DNA from: Mobula hypostoma
Lineage: Eukaryota
Reading direction: 5' to 3'
Assembly: GCF_963921235.1 (NCBI RefSeq)
Contig: NC_086097.1
Coordinates: 238,392,001 to 238,456,000, forward strand
DNA: 64,000 nt
Below the pieces are notes generated by a model, which saw only the letters and a list, made by a program, of their open reading frames with translations, was not told where the DNA came from and made no database searches. This document shows positions 1-12,004 of the stretch, in pieces (position 1 is the stretch's first letter; each line of letters opens with the position of its first letter). The translations under genes and the position numbers were made by a program.

Positions 1-89
1 TCAGAAAGAATTCTTGGGTTAGAAGCTCCACAGCTCTACAAGATTTAAACAAAGAACAGCCTCACAGGACTGGAAGGCAGAGGTCCACC

Positions 90-553
90 AGGCTCGATCG
101 ATTTAAGGGCCAAGCCGTATCAGAAAGGTCAGGAACTGGCCACTGTGAAGTGGCAGAGCCCGGGTATGAGAGTGAGGAACAACCCGATATTTGATTGATT
201 TAAGTGTTGGGTCAGATTGAAGTGGTCGGGGTCGGAAGAGAGAGATGGGCCGGTTCTGTTCTCTGCTCGAGTCTGTGCCAGACTGACGCTGTGGCCTGCA
301 ACTAGTGGACTTCTGAATCATCTGCAGAGATGCTTGGCTTTGTGAACTCCAGTTCTAAATGCTGTTTGCTTGCTTTTATTGTTTGCACAGTTTGTTTTTT
401 TTCCCTCTTGGCACATTGGGTATTTGACTGTCTTTCTTTTTGTTTTTAAAAAGGGTTCTATTGGCATTTTCTCTTTCAATACTGCCTGTGAGGAGACAAA
501 TCTCAAGACTGTATAAAGTATATATACACATTGGTAGATAAAATGTACTTTGA
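90..553 (+). mobile_element. Non-coding retroposon ending in a Rex1/Babar-type 3' tail
   Basis: The 3' part (ttgcacagtttg...gcctgtgaggagacaaatctcaag...aaatgtactttga) matches the tails following Rex1-type RT fragments at 34200-34430 and 62960-63140. Confidence 0.5.
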
Positions 554-904
554 AAGACACAACCTAAAAAATGGATAGTGGATGGGGAAAAAAGGTACAG
601 AAACTCACTGACAGCATGACATGGTCATGTTTTTCAGTGCTATTTATGCCCCAAACAACTAGTCCCACTCCAAAGACTCAAGGACGTGGGTGAACTTACA
701 CACTGTAAAGGATACATACATCTCCTCAAACACAAGGTGTCCTTCAGGCAAAAATCTTTGACTCCATCTCACAACCACATATTGAGGCCAGCCTTGTCAC
801 CATTCCTGACTGACAAGTGGTGAACAAGACAATATTGCAACTAAAATAGTCTAGGTCTCAGCAGCAGAAGGCATCAGTCCACAATTACATTGTCCACATA
901 TGAT

Positions 905-1120
905 ATTAAGGCTTACGAGCAGAATTAGGTCACTTAGCCCATTGAGTCTGCTCTGCCATTCCATCACAGCTGATTTATTCTCCCTTAATGCCATTCTCAT
1001 CTTCTCCTCATAACCTTAGACACCCTGAATATTCAAAAACCTATCAAACTCCGCTTTAAATGTACACAATGATTTTGCCTCTGCAGCCATCTGTGGCAAC
1101 AAATTCCACAGGTTCATCAC
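905..1120 (-). mobile_element. CR1-clade LINE 3' end fragment
   Basis: gagcagaattaggtc...aacctatcaaactccgctttaaat...tgtggcaacaaattccacaggttca resembles the 3' end of the CR1 copy at 31565-32224. Confidence 0.75.
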
Positions 1121-1254
1121 ATTACAAACATTGCATCTGGAAATTCCACTCTCCCCGAGATAATGCAATGACATTAGATATTACAGCACAATTTTTATGA
1201 AACCAGTAACCCAATGAGATCAGAGTATCATCTTTATAGAACAAAATTGTGGAG

Positions 1255-1690
1255 AAACAAAAGAGAATCTGCAGATGCTGGAGACAGACAGACAGACAGA
1301 CACACACACACACACGATGCTGGAGGAACACAGCAGGCCAGGCAGCATCGATGGAGAAAGAAAGTACAGTTGATATTTTGGGCCCAGGTGCTTCAGCAGG
1401 ACTGGAGAAAAAAAATGAGCAGTTGATTTAAAAGGTGAGGATGGGAGAGATGAAGTAGATAGCTGGACAGTTGATTGGTGAAAGAGATACAGGGTTGGAG
1501 AAGTGGGCAGTCTGATAGGTGGGGATAGAAGGCCTTGGAGGAAAGAAAATGTATGGGGGGTTAGGGGAAGAGAAAGGAGCACCAGAAAGAGGCAATGGGC
1601 TGTCAAGGAGACAGGTTGAGAGAGGGAAAAGGGGATGGGGACTAGTGAAGGAGAGAGGATGGGGTTGGGCGTTACTGGAATTTTGTGAAG
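1255..1690 (-). mobile_element. Penelope-like element (PLE) 3' end/pseudo-LTR, with a (CAGA)n/(CA)n run
   Basis: tctgcagatgctgga...tgctggaggaacacagcaggccaggcagcatc terminus. Degenerate hammerhead segment at about 1367-1405 (rc ccagtcctgctgaag...cccaaaatatcaactg), followed by a purine-rich 3' UTR. Confidence 0.65.
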
Positions 1691-1774
1691 CTTTGTGGAC
1701 AAGGCAGTTTTGGCATGCTTAGGATCAAGTAAACTTATTTATTGCCAAAACATTAAGTTCCATTACCTCAAAAC

Positions 1775-2320
1775 TATAGAACAGGAACAGGCCCTTCAGC
1801 CCATTTAGCCCATGTTGGAATAGTATGCTACCATGTCTCATCAACCTGCACCCAGACATTAGCCCTCCATACCCCTCTCATCCATGTACCGATCAAAGTT
1901 TCTTTTAAATATTGAAAATGAACCTGCATCCATCACGTCCACTGGCACCTTATTCCACACTCTCGCCACCCTCTGAGTGAACAAGCTCCCCCTCATGATC
2001 CCCTTAAACATTTCTTTTTTCACCCTCAATCCACTTTCTCTAGTTCTAGTCTCACCCAACCTCAATGGAAAAAGCCTGCTTACATTTACCTTATCTATTG
2101 AACATAGAATAGTACAACACATTACAGGCCCTTCGGCCCACAATGTTGTGCCGACCTTCAAACCCTGCCTCCCATATAACCCTCCCACCCTAAATTCCTC
2201 CATATACCTGCTTAGCGTCTCTTAAACTTCACCAGTGTATCTGCCTCCATTACCGTGGAGGCCCCTCACAAGTTTGTGTATCCCTGTCAAATTTCCTGTC
2301 ACGCTCCTAAACTCTTGGTA
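1775..2320 (-). mobile_element. Two nested CR1 3' fragments
   Basis: ORF 1859-2203 contains LFPL..GETRTR, FTQRVARVWN and FKRNFDRYM (CR1 ORF2 C-terminus). A second CR1 tail starts at about 2100. Confidence 0.8.
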
Positions 2321-2483
2321 ATAAATAATTAAATTTAACCTATTAAAACTTGCCCTGCCTGACACAATGTGTCAAGAAATCAATAAAAATGTCTTTCATT
2401 CTTTTGCATATAATTAATCTGCTAAAAAAAATACAATTGCACAGTTTATTAGAGATCAATAATTTTGTAAATATGAATGAAGC

Positions 2484-2719
2484 TGATGTATAATATTTCT
2501 GTAGTATTTGAATAATATTGTAAGCATGCTGATTCGGCATTAATTTGTTTAAATAATTTGTTCCAGATTATATGTAGAAATACGTGAATTACATACATCA
2601 TGATGCTACGAATTGATACACAGACACCTCACTTAAAGTACAACCAAGTTAGACTCACGTTTCGGATTCTGTCGTTTTCTTTAAAATAGTTTAATGCTTT
2701 GGAGTTACAAAACATAACA
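2484..2719 (+). repeat. 5' LTR of Gypsy element 1
   Basis: TG...CA ends. Shares taatattgtaa, taatttgtt.aaataatt, ttatatgta.aaatac, cttaaagta.aac.aagtta.actc and aaaacataa with 6352-6594. Confidence 0.8.
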
Positions 2720-3415
2720 TCGATGTTTAAAAAAAAAAGGAACCCAAGGTGACTACCTAGTTATGGAAGCGCAGCGGGACATCAGAGTAAAAATAAAGCA
2801 GCACAGCACGTGGTCTTCAGGAGAGAAGACACAATTGAGTTAAAAAAAAAATTAGAGAAACTGAAGAATTCACAGGATCATAAATAGTACGTACGGGTGA
2901 TAATCAAAAAAATGAATGGCTATAATTGCTAAGATTGACATGTTTGATTACACAACAGATTTTATATACTAAACATATTGAGGAGCTTTATAAATCAATG
3001 AGAAACAGGTTCCAATTTTGCTGAATGCATTGGGTTTAAAGGCACACAGTTGAAAACTTAACTGCTCCAACCAAACCAGCCAAAACAAGCCTTGCTGATA
3101 TTGTAAAAGTAATTAAGGGCCATTTAGAACCAAACCATTGTTGATTGCAGAAAACTTTAGGTTTCAGAAGTGCAAGCAAAAGGGGAGTTCATTTGAGCTA
3201 ACATTGCCAGTTAGATAATTGGCTTAATGTTGCACAGAAAAATAATTTAGCTTTGGAATCTTACAAGAAAGCATTCAAAGATGGTTCCTAAGTGAAGTAC
3301 AACTTACATTTTTTAAAAAAGCAGTTGAAATAGCTGTATCAATGTAAATAGTAGAGAGTTGCAATTGATTTTCTGTCAGGAATGGAAGTGAGTGTGAACA
3401 AAATTGCAACATCTA

Positions 3416-4649
3416 CAAACCCCATTTCCAGAAAAGTTGGGATATTTTCCAAAATGCAATAAAAACAAAAATCTGTGATATGTTAATTCACGTGAACCTT
3501 TATTTACCTGACAAAAGTACAAAGAAAAGATTTTCAATAGTTTTACTGACCAACTTAATTGTATTTTGTAAATATACACAAATCTAGAATTTGATGGCTG
3601 CAACACACTCAACAAAAGTTGGGACAGAGTTCAAATAAGATTGAACAGTGCACAGAAAAGTCATGCTACTGTAACAGTCATGCACCTGGGCTCGGGAGTA
3701 CTTCGGAAAACCATTGTCACTCAACACAGTCCGTCGCTGCATCCAGAAATGCAACTTGAAACTGTATTACGCAAGGAGGAAGCCATACATCAACTCTATG
3801 CAGAAACGCCGGCGAGTTCTCTGGGCCCGAGCTCATCTCAGATGGACCGAAAGACTGTGGAACCGTGTGCTGTGGTCAGATGAGTCCATATTTCAGCTAG
3901 TTTTCAGAAAAAACAGGCGTCGAGTTCTCCGTGCCAAACGACCATCCAGATTGTTATCAGCGAAAGGTGCAAAAGCCAGCATCTGTGATGGTATGGGGGT
4001 GCATCAGTGCCCACGGCATGGGTGAGTTGCATGTATATGAAGGTACCATTGACTCTGAGGCGTATATTAGGATTTTAGAGAGACACATGTTGCCATCAAG
4101 GTGACGTCTCTTCCCGGGACGTCCATGCTTAGTTCAGCAAGACAATGCCAGACCAGATTCTGCACGGGCTACAACAGCGTGGCTTTGTAGACACAGAGTG
4201 CGTGTGCTTGACTGGCCTGCTGCCAGTCCAGATCCATCTCCTACTGAAAATGTATGGCGCATCATGAAGAGGAGAATCAGCCAACAGAGACCACGGACTG
4301 TTGAGCAGCTGAAGTCTTATATCAAGCAAAAATGGACAAAATTTCCAATTGCAAATCTACTACAATTAGTATCCTCAGTTCCAAAACGATTAAAAAGTGT
4401 TATTAAAAGGAAAGGTGGTGTAACACAATGGTAACCATGCCTCTGTCCCAACTTTTGTTGTGTGTTGCAGCCAAATTCTAAATTTGTGTATGTTTACAAA
4501 ATACAATTAAGTTGGTCAGTAAAACTATTGAAAATCTTTTCTTTGTACTTCTGTCAGTTAAATAAAGGTTCACGTGAATTAACATATCACAGATTTTTGT
4601 TTTTATTGCATTTTGGAAAATATCCCAACTTTTCCGGAAATGGGGTTTG
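3416..4649 (+). mobile_element. Tc1-family DNA transposon (IR/DR type), internally deleted
   Basis: Near-perfect ~210-bp inverted repeats (3416-3629 and 4441-4649), each with aaaagttggga at its outer and inner ends. TA target duplication at 3414-3415 and 4650-4651. Confidence 0.95.
3714..4434 (+). pseudogene. Tc1 DD34E transposase, 5'-deleted and frameshifted
   Basis: RRKP, VLWSDES, QQDNARP and WPAASPDPSPTENVW motifs; 34 residues between the second D (4141) and E. Split across ORFs 3714-4025 and 4198-4434. Confidence 0.93.
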
Positions 4650-5335
4650 TATATAGAAACAAACAAATTGTGGTACCATTGTGGCAGGGGCTCATGTGCA
4701 CCAGACCAATGCAGGTTTAAAGGTGAATCTTGCAGAAAATGCAAAGTAGGATGCATTAAAAGGGTATGTCTGGCCGACAAAGATAAATGGACTGCACAGG
4801 AAAAGATTAAAAAGTCAAGTTGCAGTTTCAAAAGGAGCACTAATCTGCATGACGTTGTTGAAAAAAATCTGATAAGAGTGATACAAGGCTGCGTAGCCTT
4901 AAGATTTACAATGTGTAAATTAACAATAGACAAGCTATGTGGCTTACACCAGAAGTGAAGAGCAAATTATTTAAAATGAATTGGACACTGGATCTGCTGC
5001 TTCACTTATTCCACAAAACGCATTTGAATACAACTTCAAAGATACATAACTGAAGCCTGCAGATATCTAACGAGCAACTCGTACTGGAGAAAAGATAACT
5101 CCCGTGGAAATGACATTTGTGAAAGACAACAACCAATAAGCCACATTGGGCTTGTCTGTCATAAAAACAGGAGCACCAGAACTGTAAGCACATGATTGGC
5201 TAAAACAACTACAACTTGATCGGAGATCCATCCACTTTTTGCATGCCATACCCCCTGTAATAGAGTCAAATGAAAGTGAGTTAAGGTACTGAGTGATGTC
5301 ACCCCATGAACCTTTGCCCAACAGAGGAGAGACAG

Positions 5336-6030
5336 ATGTTGGTGCTAACCTCTGTGCCTCTGGTTGGAAAGCATATTGGACCAAGAAAGGAGCATGCTGC
5401 TTAGATGAAGCATGAGATTGATGAAAGCAGTGATTTGACTACAGTAGTTTTTGTACGCAACAGATCAGAGAAAGCTTCTCATTTGTTAACCAGGCAGATA
5501 CTTGCGAAACGCAGCTTGGTTTTAAGCTGGAAGAGAGTTCACGGAGCTTCAGGAAAGTTGCAAGCATTCAGCTTCTATGAGTATAAAGAACCAGAATCTA
5601 CGCTGCTTGCATTAAGGTTATTGCATGTACTTCAAGTGAGAGACAAACAGCTGCTGCAAGAGTAGATGCAAAGACCAAAGCCTAGCTGAATGAATGGAAG
5701 GCCAAAAAGAAAGGAGTCAATGGATTTACTAAAACAGTGTACATCAGACGATGTTGTGGTTGAGGAATCGAAGAGGAAAGATCACATCATAAAGGAAGCA
5801 ACAGAGGGATTAATAAGAGGATACTCCCAATACACCTTTTCAAGGTGCACAAACTAGAATGAACAAGGTGAGAAAAAGACAGACAAGAAGTTGAAAAGGA
5901 AAGAGATAGTGAAAAAGTGAGCAAGAAAGAGAAAGGTGTCAAACAGAGAAGGAACGTGAAAAAGAGTGGGATAAAAAGAGAAAAAGCTGCGACTAGTAGA
6001 AGAGCAAGGATCTAAATCTAGAGGGAAAGC
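5336..6030 (+). pseudogene. RBM25: Intronless partial retrocopy of RNA-binding protein 25 (RRM plus start of the RE/RD-rich region) inside the Gypsy element
   Basis: Translation: LVGKHIGPRKEH..TTVVFVRNRSEKASHLLTRQILAKRSLVLSWKRVHGASGKLQAFSFYEYKEPESTLLALRLLH, then after frameshifts VDAKTKA*LNEWKAKKK, EESKRKDHIIKEATEGLIRGYS and EKDRQEVEKER. This matches vertebrate RBM25 as I recall it (VGKHLGARKDH..TTTVFVGNISEKASDMLIRQLLAKCGLVLSWKRVQGASGKLQAFGFCEYKEPESTLRALRLLH..VDAKTKAQLDEWKAKKK). Contains stops and frameshifts. Confidence 0.92.
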
Positions 6031-6351
6031 TAAGAAGAAGGGTGTGCAGAGCTGTCAGAACCATTTGCATTCCCAGAGTCAACTCCTACAACCACCACAG
6101 AGGAGGCCCCAGAACCTGAGATTGTTTTCACAGCCCAAAGCCTCACCTGATGTGCAGAGTGACCCTCCCTGTCAGGAAAAGTATTATCCCAGAAGAGTAA
6201 GAAAGCCTCCACAGCAATTAAACCTTTAAGTCTAAATGGTACAATTTAAATCTTATGCCGTGGATGTCTGTATATTGCTGTGATATTATATAGTGCACTG
6301 TCATACATTCTCTATAAATAGAGTTGGAGTTCATAGCCAAGCAGAGAGGAG

Positions 6352-6594
6352 TGCTGTGTATTTAATATTTCAATATGATGCAAGTAATATTGTAAATGTT
6401 GCTGATTTAGCGCACTTAATTTGTTCAAATAATTCATGTTGGGTTATATGTAAAAATACATAAAGCTGCTCATGTCACAATACTAACGTGTACGTGTGTG
6501 CCTTGCTTAAAGTAAAACTAAGTTATACTCGCATCTCTTGGCTTCTTGTTTTTCCTTCCAATCAGTTTAATACATAGAGCTTTAAAACATAATA
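6352..6594 (+). repeat. 3' LTR of Gypsy element 1
   Basis: Begins with TG immediately after the polypurine tract; diverged direct repeat of 2484-2719. Confidence 0.8.
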
Positions 6595-6656
6595 GATGCT
6601 GTTTTAATCATAACCAGGCTTGCTACTTTGGAAAGTAGCAAAAATTCAAAAAACAA

Positions 6657-7097
6657 TGATGTTGCCTGGATTGGGGAGCATACCTCATGAGAATAGGTTG
6701 AGAGAACTCGGCCTTTTCTCCTTGGAGCAGCGGAGGTTGAGAGGTGACCTGATAGATGTGTATAAGATGATGAGAGGCATTGATCATGTGGATAGTCAGA
6801 GGCTTTTTCCCAGGGCTGAAATGGCTAGCATGAGGGGGCACAGTTTTAAGGTGCTTGGAAGTAGGTACAGAGGAGGTGTCAGGGGTAGGCTTATTACACA
6901 GAGAGTGGTGAGTGCGGGGAATGGGCTGCCAGGGATGGTGGTGGAGGCAGATACAATAGGGTCTTTTAAGAGACTCCTGGACAGGTACATAGACCTCAGA
7001 AAAATAGAGGGTTATGGGTAACCCCAGGTAATTTCTAAGGCAAGGACATGTCTGGCACAGCTTTGTGGGCTGAAGGGCCTGTATGTTTCTATGTTTT
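6657..7097 (+). mobile_element. CR1 LINE 3' fragment
   Basis: ORF 6620-7021: RLRELGLFSLEQRRLRGDLIDVYK...TQRVVSA..GLP...FKRLLD. Close relative of 49352-49895. Confidence 0.9.
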
Positions 7098-8049
7098 TAC
7101 AATGCAATTTCAGTATCTGTCAAACTTGGAGAGATCAGGACATGCTTTGCCAAATTTTAAAATTGGAGTGCCAAACCCATATGCCTTAATGCATTTGGAA
7201 TAAATTGAAGCATCAGCTCACACTCCTATTGTAAATGCAGTTCTTCATAACAGATCTCCCTTGAACAGTAACAGTATAATAAGTCAAATTGGATTAGATG
7301 AATTTACAACTGAAAAATAGAGAGCATGAAATTTTCTGTCCGTGGTGTACATAAAATATATGTTGTACATCTCCACCTTCCATCAAGCTGATACTGAATT
7401 TCATTGTTGACTTCAGTTTAAGAAAACTATTGTAAAGAAATGTGCACTTTTAGACAATTTAAAAAATGTTGAACAAGCTGAGCATTTATCTAAATTGAAC
7501 CATTCTAGAACACTGTTCTATTCATTCACAATAAATGGCATTGTTACTTCAGAAATATGTTCAATAGGTTTAGATAGCAAAGAATTTACATGATATCAGA
7601 GGCACTAATTTAAATTGATAATGTGATTATCATTGAATTTTCCAGAAGTCTTCATGGTCCACATTTTACAGTGAAAACCACTTAGAAAAATTCTAAAAAG
7701 ACACTGAAAACAAAAATATAGCTAATAAAGGGAGATCAAATTAGGACAAGACATTTCAATAAAATGGAGCACCAAGGAAACAAACTATTTGATGAGATAA
7801 ATTCTCCCAAAAATTAAGCAAGCACCACCAGCATAAAAATAAGCATTGAGAAATGAAGAGATACATACCTTTAAGAGATCAAGTAGTATCAGCTAGTAAT
7901 CAACTCCAATGCCTGTTCTTTTGGGCTCTAGGGGGCTGCTTGCCTATCCACCGATCTAGTCACCTTGAGTGAACTCCTCAGCAAGAACTTCTAAGACAAC
8001 AACCTCAACATGATCTGCTAGGCCAATTGTAAGCGTATAAAAGACTGAA

Positions 8050-8445
8050 GATCATTTGATGTCTCCGGGCCTGTACTTGGCTGGGGTTTAGAAGAATGAG
8101 GAAGCAGCTCAAGGAAACCTATTGAATATTGAAAGGCCTAGATAAAGTGGATGTGGAAAGAATGTTTCCCATAGATGACAAATCTAGGATCAGCAAGCAC
8201 AACCTCAGTAGAGGGATGTTCCCAGAACAGAAATGAGAAGGAAATTTTTTAGCCGGAGGATGTGAATCTGTGAAATTCATTGCCACAGATGGCTGGAGGC
8301 TAAGTAATTGGATATATTTAAAGCAGAGGTTGATATGCTCTTGATTAGTAAGGGTGTCAAAGGTTAGGAAGAACGTAATTGAGGGGGAAAATGAATCAAC
8401 CATGATGGAATGGTGAAGGAAACTTGATAATTCTGCCCGTGTCTT
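8050..8445 (+). mobile_element. CR1 LINE 3' fragment (decayed)
   Basis: gaaacctattgaatattgaaaggcctagataaagtggatgtggaaagaatgtttcc...atttaaagcagaggttgata is typical of this subfamily. Confidence 0.8.
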
Positions 8446-9042
8446 AAGTTTTTATACGAGTTCCAAAGTGATTTAACAGCAGGATAAACAATCCTCCATT
8501 CAATGTTAAACTAGCTATCAAAGTTGCTAGATATTTAGTATCTTTTTTCATGTCACAGACATAAAATAAAAAACATTCCCAAATTGATACATTAAATAAA
8601 ATTACTATGATCAAGCACTTAGACACGATTATCTCAAAATTAAATATTGAAATTAATTCAGTTAAATCAAAATCTGTTCATTTTCCAAGTCTTTGCCACC
8701 CTACATCTGTTCTTTCTCATTAAAAAAAATGGACATTTTGAATGTCGATTATTGGTTGGTTGAGGAAATTTTCCAGTATTCCCATTGGGAAATGGCAGGA
8801 ATTTGGTATATTGCATAGAGTCCCAAAACAAAAATTCACTTGCAATGAGAGTAGCAAGTGCTTCTGACAAGTCTGGAACTCAGTACTTTGATTACAAATC
8901 TACTTTGAACTTTTCAGCATAGATATAGTACATGGAGAAATGTTGGAATTCTGACAAGGAACTTTTGGCATTTCTGGTGAAAATCTGGGTCATGGCTTAC
9001 TGGAGTGGCGTTAGGCCTCCTAAAACACTGAATTTAACTTTA

Positions 9043-11007
9043 AGGACTGTGGGTCTCGCAAGACGATCCGGGTATTCCCTAACTGGAAACCTTGGATGAA
9101 TTATGAGGTCAAGTCCTTTTTGAAAGCTAGAGCTGCGGCTTTTAGGTCCGGGGATACCAGTCGCTACACGGAATCCAGGCGTGAACTCTGGAAAGCCATT
9201 GAGGGCGCCAAGAGGCAATATCAAGCCAAGTTAGAAGCCCAGGCTAACCAGGGGGATGCCGGTAGACTATGGCAGGGTCTAAATGAGATCACTAGGCACA
9301 AAGAAAAGGCTGGGAATATCAATAACTGTGGCGCTTCTCTTCCTGACGAACTTAACGTATTCTCCACAAGATTCGAACAGAAGAAGAGCGTCCCGCTCCC
9401 TCTGGATGAACCGGACCTGGTGGCATCGAAATTCATCATCACAGAGGACGTTAGAAGGGCCTTCCTGAAGATAAATCCAAGGAAGACGATGGGCCCAGAT
9501 GGCATCCCGGGACGGGTTCTCCGGGCCTAGCTGGAATGTTTGCTGACATCTTCAACTGCTCCTTGCTTCAGTCTAACATCCCCTCATGTTTTAAGAAGGC
9601 AACGATAATCCCAGCGCTGAAGAAGAGCAAGGTGGCATGCCTGAATGACTATCGACCTGTGGCTCTGACATCAATTGCTATGAAGTGCTTCGAGAGATTG
9701 GTTATGGCACACATTAACCACAGCCTACCGGTCAACCTCGATGCTTTGCAATTCGCCTACTTGAGCAACAGGTCAACAACAGATGCCATCTCTCTGGCCC
9801 TATATTCCTCCTTAGAACACTTGGGGAATAAAGACGCGTATGTAAGGCGCCTTTTCATTGACTACAGCTCTGCCTTTAATACCATCATGCCAAATAAACT
9901 GATTCCTAAGCTCCGGAACCTGGCCCTTAGCACTCAGATCTGCAGCTGGATCTTCAACTTCCTCACAGATAGGACCCAGGCTGTAAAAATAGGGGACAAG
10001 CTCTCCTCTACAATCACTCTGAGCACCGGTGCCCCACAAGGCTGTGTACTCAGCCCCCTGCTGTACTCACTGTACATCCATGATTGTGTAGCCAAGTTTC
10101 CATCAAACTCAATATATAACTTTGCTGATGACACCATAATTGTAGGCCATATCTCAGGTAATGATGAGTTTGAGTACAGAGAGGAAATTAAGAACCTGGT
10201 GGCATGGTGTGAAGACGATAACCAATCCCTCAACGTCAGCATGAAGGAATTGGTTGTTGACTTCAGAAGGAGTAGTGGACTGCACGACCCTATTTACATC
10301 GGTCGTGCGCAAGTGGAACAGGTCAAAAGCTTTAAGTTCCTAGGGGTCAATATCACAAATGACCCGACTTGGTACAACCAAGCAGAGTCCACTGCCAAGA
10401 AAGCCCACCAGCACCTTTACTTCCTGAGAAAGCCAAAGAAATTTGGCCTGTCCCCTAAAACCCTCACTAATTTTTATAGATGCACCGTAAAAAGCATTCT
10501 TCTAGGGTGCATCACAACCTGGTATGGAAGTTGTCCTGTCCAAGACCGGAAGAAGCTGCAGAAGATCGTGAATACAGCCTAGCACATCACACAAACCAAT
10601 CTTCCATCGTTGGACTCACCTTACACCGCACACTGTCGGAGCAGTGCTGCGAGGATAATCAAGGACACGACCCACCCAGCCACACACTTTTCATCCCTCT
10701 TCTCTCTGGGAGAAGGCTCAGGAGCTTGAAGACTCGTATGGCCAGATTTGGGAACAGCTTCTTTCCAACTGTGATAAGACTGCTGAACGGATCCTGACCC
10801 GGATCTGGGCCGTACCCTCCAAATAGCCGGACCTGCCTCTCGATTTTTTTTTACACTACCTTACTTTCCCATTTCTATTTATGAATTATAATTTAAATTT
10901 ATAACATTTACTATTGGTTTGTACTCCAGGGAGCGCGAAGCACAGAATCAAATATCGCTGTGATGATTATATGTTCTAGTATCAATTGTTTGGCGACAAT
11001 AAAGTAT
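9043..11007 (+). mobile_element. Rex1/Babar-clade LINE, 5'-truncated, with a near-complete RT domain
   Basis: ORFs 9096-9530 and 9536-10582: [53 protein letters not shown] and FKFLGV. Ends in caataaagtat. Confidence 0.92.
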
Positions 11008-11139
11008 CAAGGATCAATTGCATATTTAAATGACTTTCTCCTTCCGCATCGCTGCAACAAGTTCCAACCCTATTAAAGTCCGAAAAACAGTTCCGGCATT
11101 TTATGCATCCCCCCCATTACACAGTCTTCTCAGTGGATA

Positions 11140-11320
11140 ACTATTTTCTTGCGCTGGAGAGGCTTGTGAGTTCCTGAGGTCCCATAATGTTGTCTGAAGT
11201 TTAGCCACCTGGCATTTAACTACTGCTGGGGTCACCCATGGTGGTCAAGTCAATGGGGGCCCAGGGAGGCGGGGCGGAAGATCTCAGGTAAAGAGCAATC
11301 CAACCAAGACCACAAAGGTG
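11140..11320 (+). mobile_element. RTE-clade 5' UTR-like fragment
   Basis: Similar to 15950-16080 (gaggcttgtg...gggtcacccatg...aagagca.tcca). Confidence 0.35.
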
Positions 11321-11548
11321 AACTCAATGTCAGTGAAAAGTATTCCAGGCCTCAATTTGTCAAGGTATGTGTGGTGGCCCTTGCATCAGCCTTTTCATGT
11401 GAAACAAAGTCAGTCTCTGGCGTCTTTCCTAACTTCCAGGATTAAATCTTGTGGATATCAACAAGTGGCAAAGGGGACAGGATTGAGGTCCAACCCTGAT
11501 CGGATTCTACAGCCAGTTGAAGACCTATCAATAGACAACCTTTTAGAA

Positions 11549-11629
11549 CAGGGGTTCCCAACCTTGTCTCTTTGGGACCCCTTGCTTAACAGTATTGGTC
11601 CAAGGATTAAAAGTGATTGGGGACCCCAA
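11549..11629. mobile_element. ~80-bp hAT (Charlie-like) MITE
   Basis: Ends CAGGGGTTCCCAAC / ttggggacccc. 8-bp TSD TTTTAGAA / CTTTAGAA. A sister copy lies at 27671-27750. Confidence 0.7.
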
Positions 11630-12004
11630 CTTTAGAAGTACATAGCTAACTTGCGTGATCGCACTACAAACTACACGTTAGTAAAAACCATGCCTTCATC
11701 TGTTTAGACTGAGTCCAAGAATTACTTCATTAAACCTGTCATTTATACTCCATCAAAACAGATCAAATTCTATAACCTTTAGCCTACTTTTTCCTTTAAA
11801 CAACTTCTCTTCCTACCTTATACTTTGGAATAATGTCAGTTGGACATCACTTCAAAGCACTGTATTTTGTGATTGCAAAGATGGCAAAACGATTTGGGTT
11901 TCCTGTCATTACTCAGAGAAACTGACAGTACCTTCGGCCTTGCTGCATACACAGGGCAATGTAGAAATCTAAAAAGGTTATGTCAGTGAATCAGCCCTCT
12001 TCAA

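Larger units (their letters stand above)
2484..6594 (+). mobile_element. Gypsy-type LTR retrotransposon, decayed and non-autonomous: gag and protease remnants, no RT/RH/IN core, carrying an RBM25 fragment and a nested Tc1
   Basis: Homologous LTRs at 2484-2719 and 6352-6594. PPT aagcagagaggag lies just before the 3' LTR. Flanks GAAGC/GATGC (4/5 TSD). Gag motif LIAENFRF at ~3140, zinc-knuckle remnant YHCGRGS..DQC..CRKC at 4670-4760, protease LDTGS at 4981, pol tail KYYPRRVRKPPQQLNL ending at 6229. Confidence 0.85.

Noticed and set aside
5405..5665. Functional RBM25 gene or exon
   Set aside because: In-frame stops, frameshifts, substitutions in conserved RRM positions, no introns, and embedded in an LTR element; treated as a retrocopy.
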